Assembly (NCBI GenBank): GCA_965113315.1
Contig: OZ220367.1
Origin: Podarcis vaucheri
Lineage: Eukaryota
Direction: 5' to 3' (one strand)
Length of the DNA: 64,000 nt
Positions within the stretch are counted from its first letter, which is position 1. Each line of letters begins with the position of its first letter. The notes under the pieces were generated by a model. That model did not search any database, was not told the DNA's origin, and saw only the letters and a list, made by a program, of their open reading frames with translations. A program made the position numbers and the translations under genes. Below, piece after piece: positions 63,262 to 64,000 of the stretch.

Positions 63262-63434
63262 GACCCAAAGTTGAGAAAGGCTGGCTTAGTGACTAATGGA
63301 GAAGGATTAAGGCAGACATCTCTTACTCCAATAACCCAAGCTTGTAAATAGTCATTTGTGTGATCTTAGTAAGAATCTCATATAGGTGATTATGCTGGGA
63401 AGTCTATAAAATCTTCACTACCACCCCTTTTAGA

Positions 63435-63467
63435 CTTCTTCTTCTTCTTCTTCTTCTCCTTCTTCTT
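63435..63467. repeat. (CTT)n microsatellite
   Basis: Direct reading. Confidence 0.9.
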
Positions 63468-64000
63468 TTCTGGGGCACCTTTCATTTGATGATCACAAAG
63501 TGGTATACTTTGGGAAACAAGCCAGGGTGATTAACCACAATCTGAAGTTTCCTTGCTTCTCTAAACCATAGCTGTGTATCATCCACAGTTTATCTGGGTT
63601 TTTACCTTTATTTATTCATAAACTTTAGGAAACACCTGGCATCCTGCAAATGTTTTGGCGGACATCACCCATCAGCTCCAGCCAGCTGAAACATCCCAAA
63701 ACCCCTGGAGGACACCAGCTTCTCAAAGGCTGTCCTAAATAACAGCTAATACTAGCTGCCATTTTTCTGGGTCCGGAAATAATGCTAAATTTCAATCAGA
63801 AGTCTAATCTGCTCCCCGTGATCATGTTGGAAGGGGTCAGTGCATGAACCCAAGGCCCGTTCTTATAATGCTGAACTATAATTTAGCGCTGTGCCCAAAC
63901 TCAGTCATTTCAATACTATTAACCAGCAAACATGCATTTGGAAAACATGTTTGCCATCAAAACATGTAGTTCTGTCCAGAAATTAGAATCATAGAACTTT

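Larger units (their letters stand above)
62581..63283. mobile_element. Family F hAT MITE expanded by two nested insertions
   Basis: Perfect 14-bp TIR CAGCCTTTCTCAAC/GTTGAGAAAGGCTG; perfect TSD GCTTAGTG. Confidence 0.88.

Noticed and set aside
1-64000. Autonomous transposase, intact retroelement, viral or prokaryote-type system
   Set aside because: No ORF above ~180 aa and no DDE, integrase, gag/env or other recognisable domains beyond L2/CR1 relics

Overview
Vertebrate genomic DNA, most likely from a squamate reptile, probably a lacertid lizard. This is inferred from Sauria SINEs with (ACCTTT)n tails, tRNA-head/CR1-tail SINEs and lizard-type L2 3' ends. I cannot support any complete host CDS. 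The window reads as intronic/5'-regulatory sequence, probably of a large gene on the minus strand: at 37.2-38.1 kb there is a CpG-richer cluster of minus-strand splice donors and acceptors that looks like alternative 5'-UTR exons, but I cannot name the gene. The rest is dense with transposable elements: truncated L2 LINE fragments (the only recognisable protein coding, RT/ORF2 relics), Sauria and other SINEs, Penelope remnants, a probable solo LTR, and about 20 non-autonomous DNA transposons (TA-TSD TcMar and 8-bp-TSD hAT MITEs), several nested inside one another. The most unusual items are a Tc2/pogo-type MITE carrying an 89-bp tandem array of GC-rich hairpins with apparent arm exchange, a young hAT MITE carrying CCCTAA telomeric motifs, a hAT MITE carrying a CTCF-like motif, and an LTR-like element with an atypical 8-bp flanking duplication. 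I found no convincing evidence of a wholly new biological system. Family names come from recalled motifs, not database searches.
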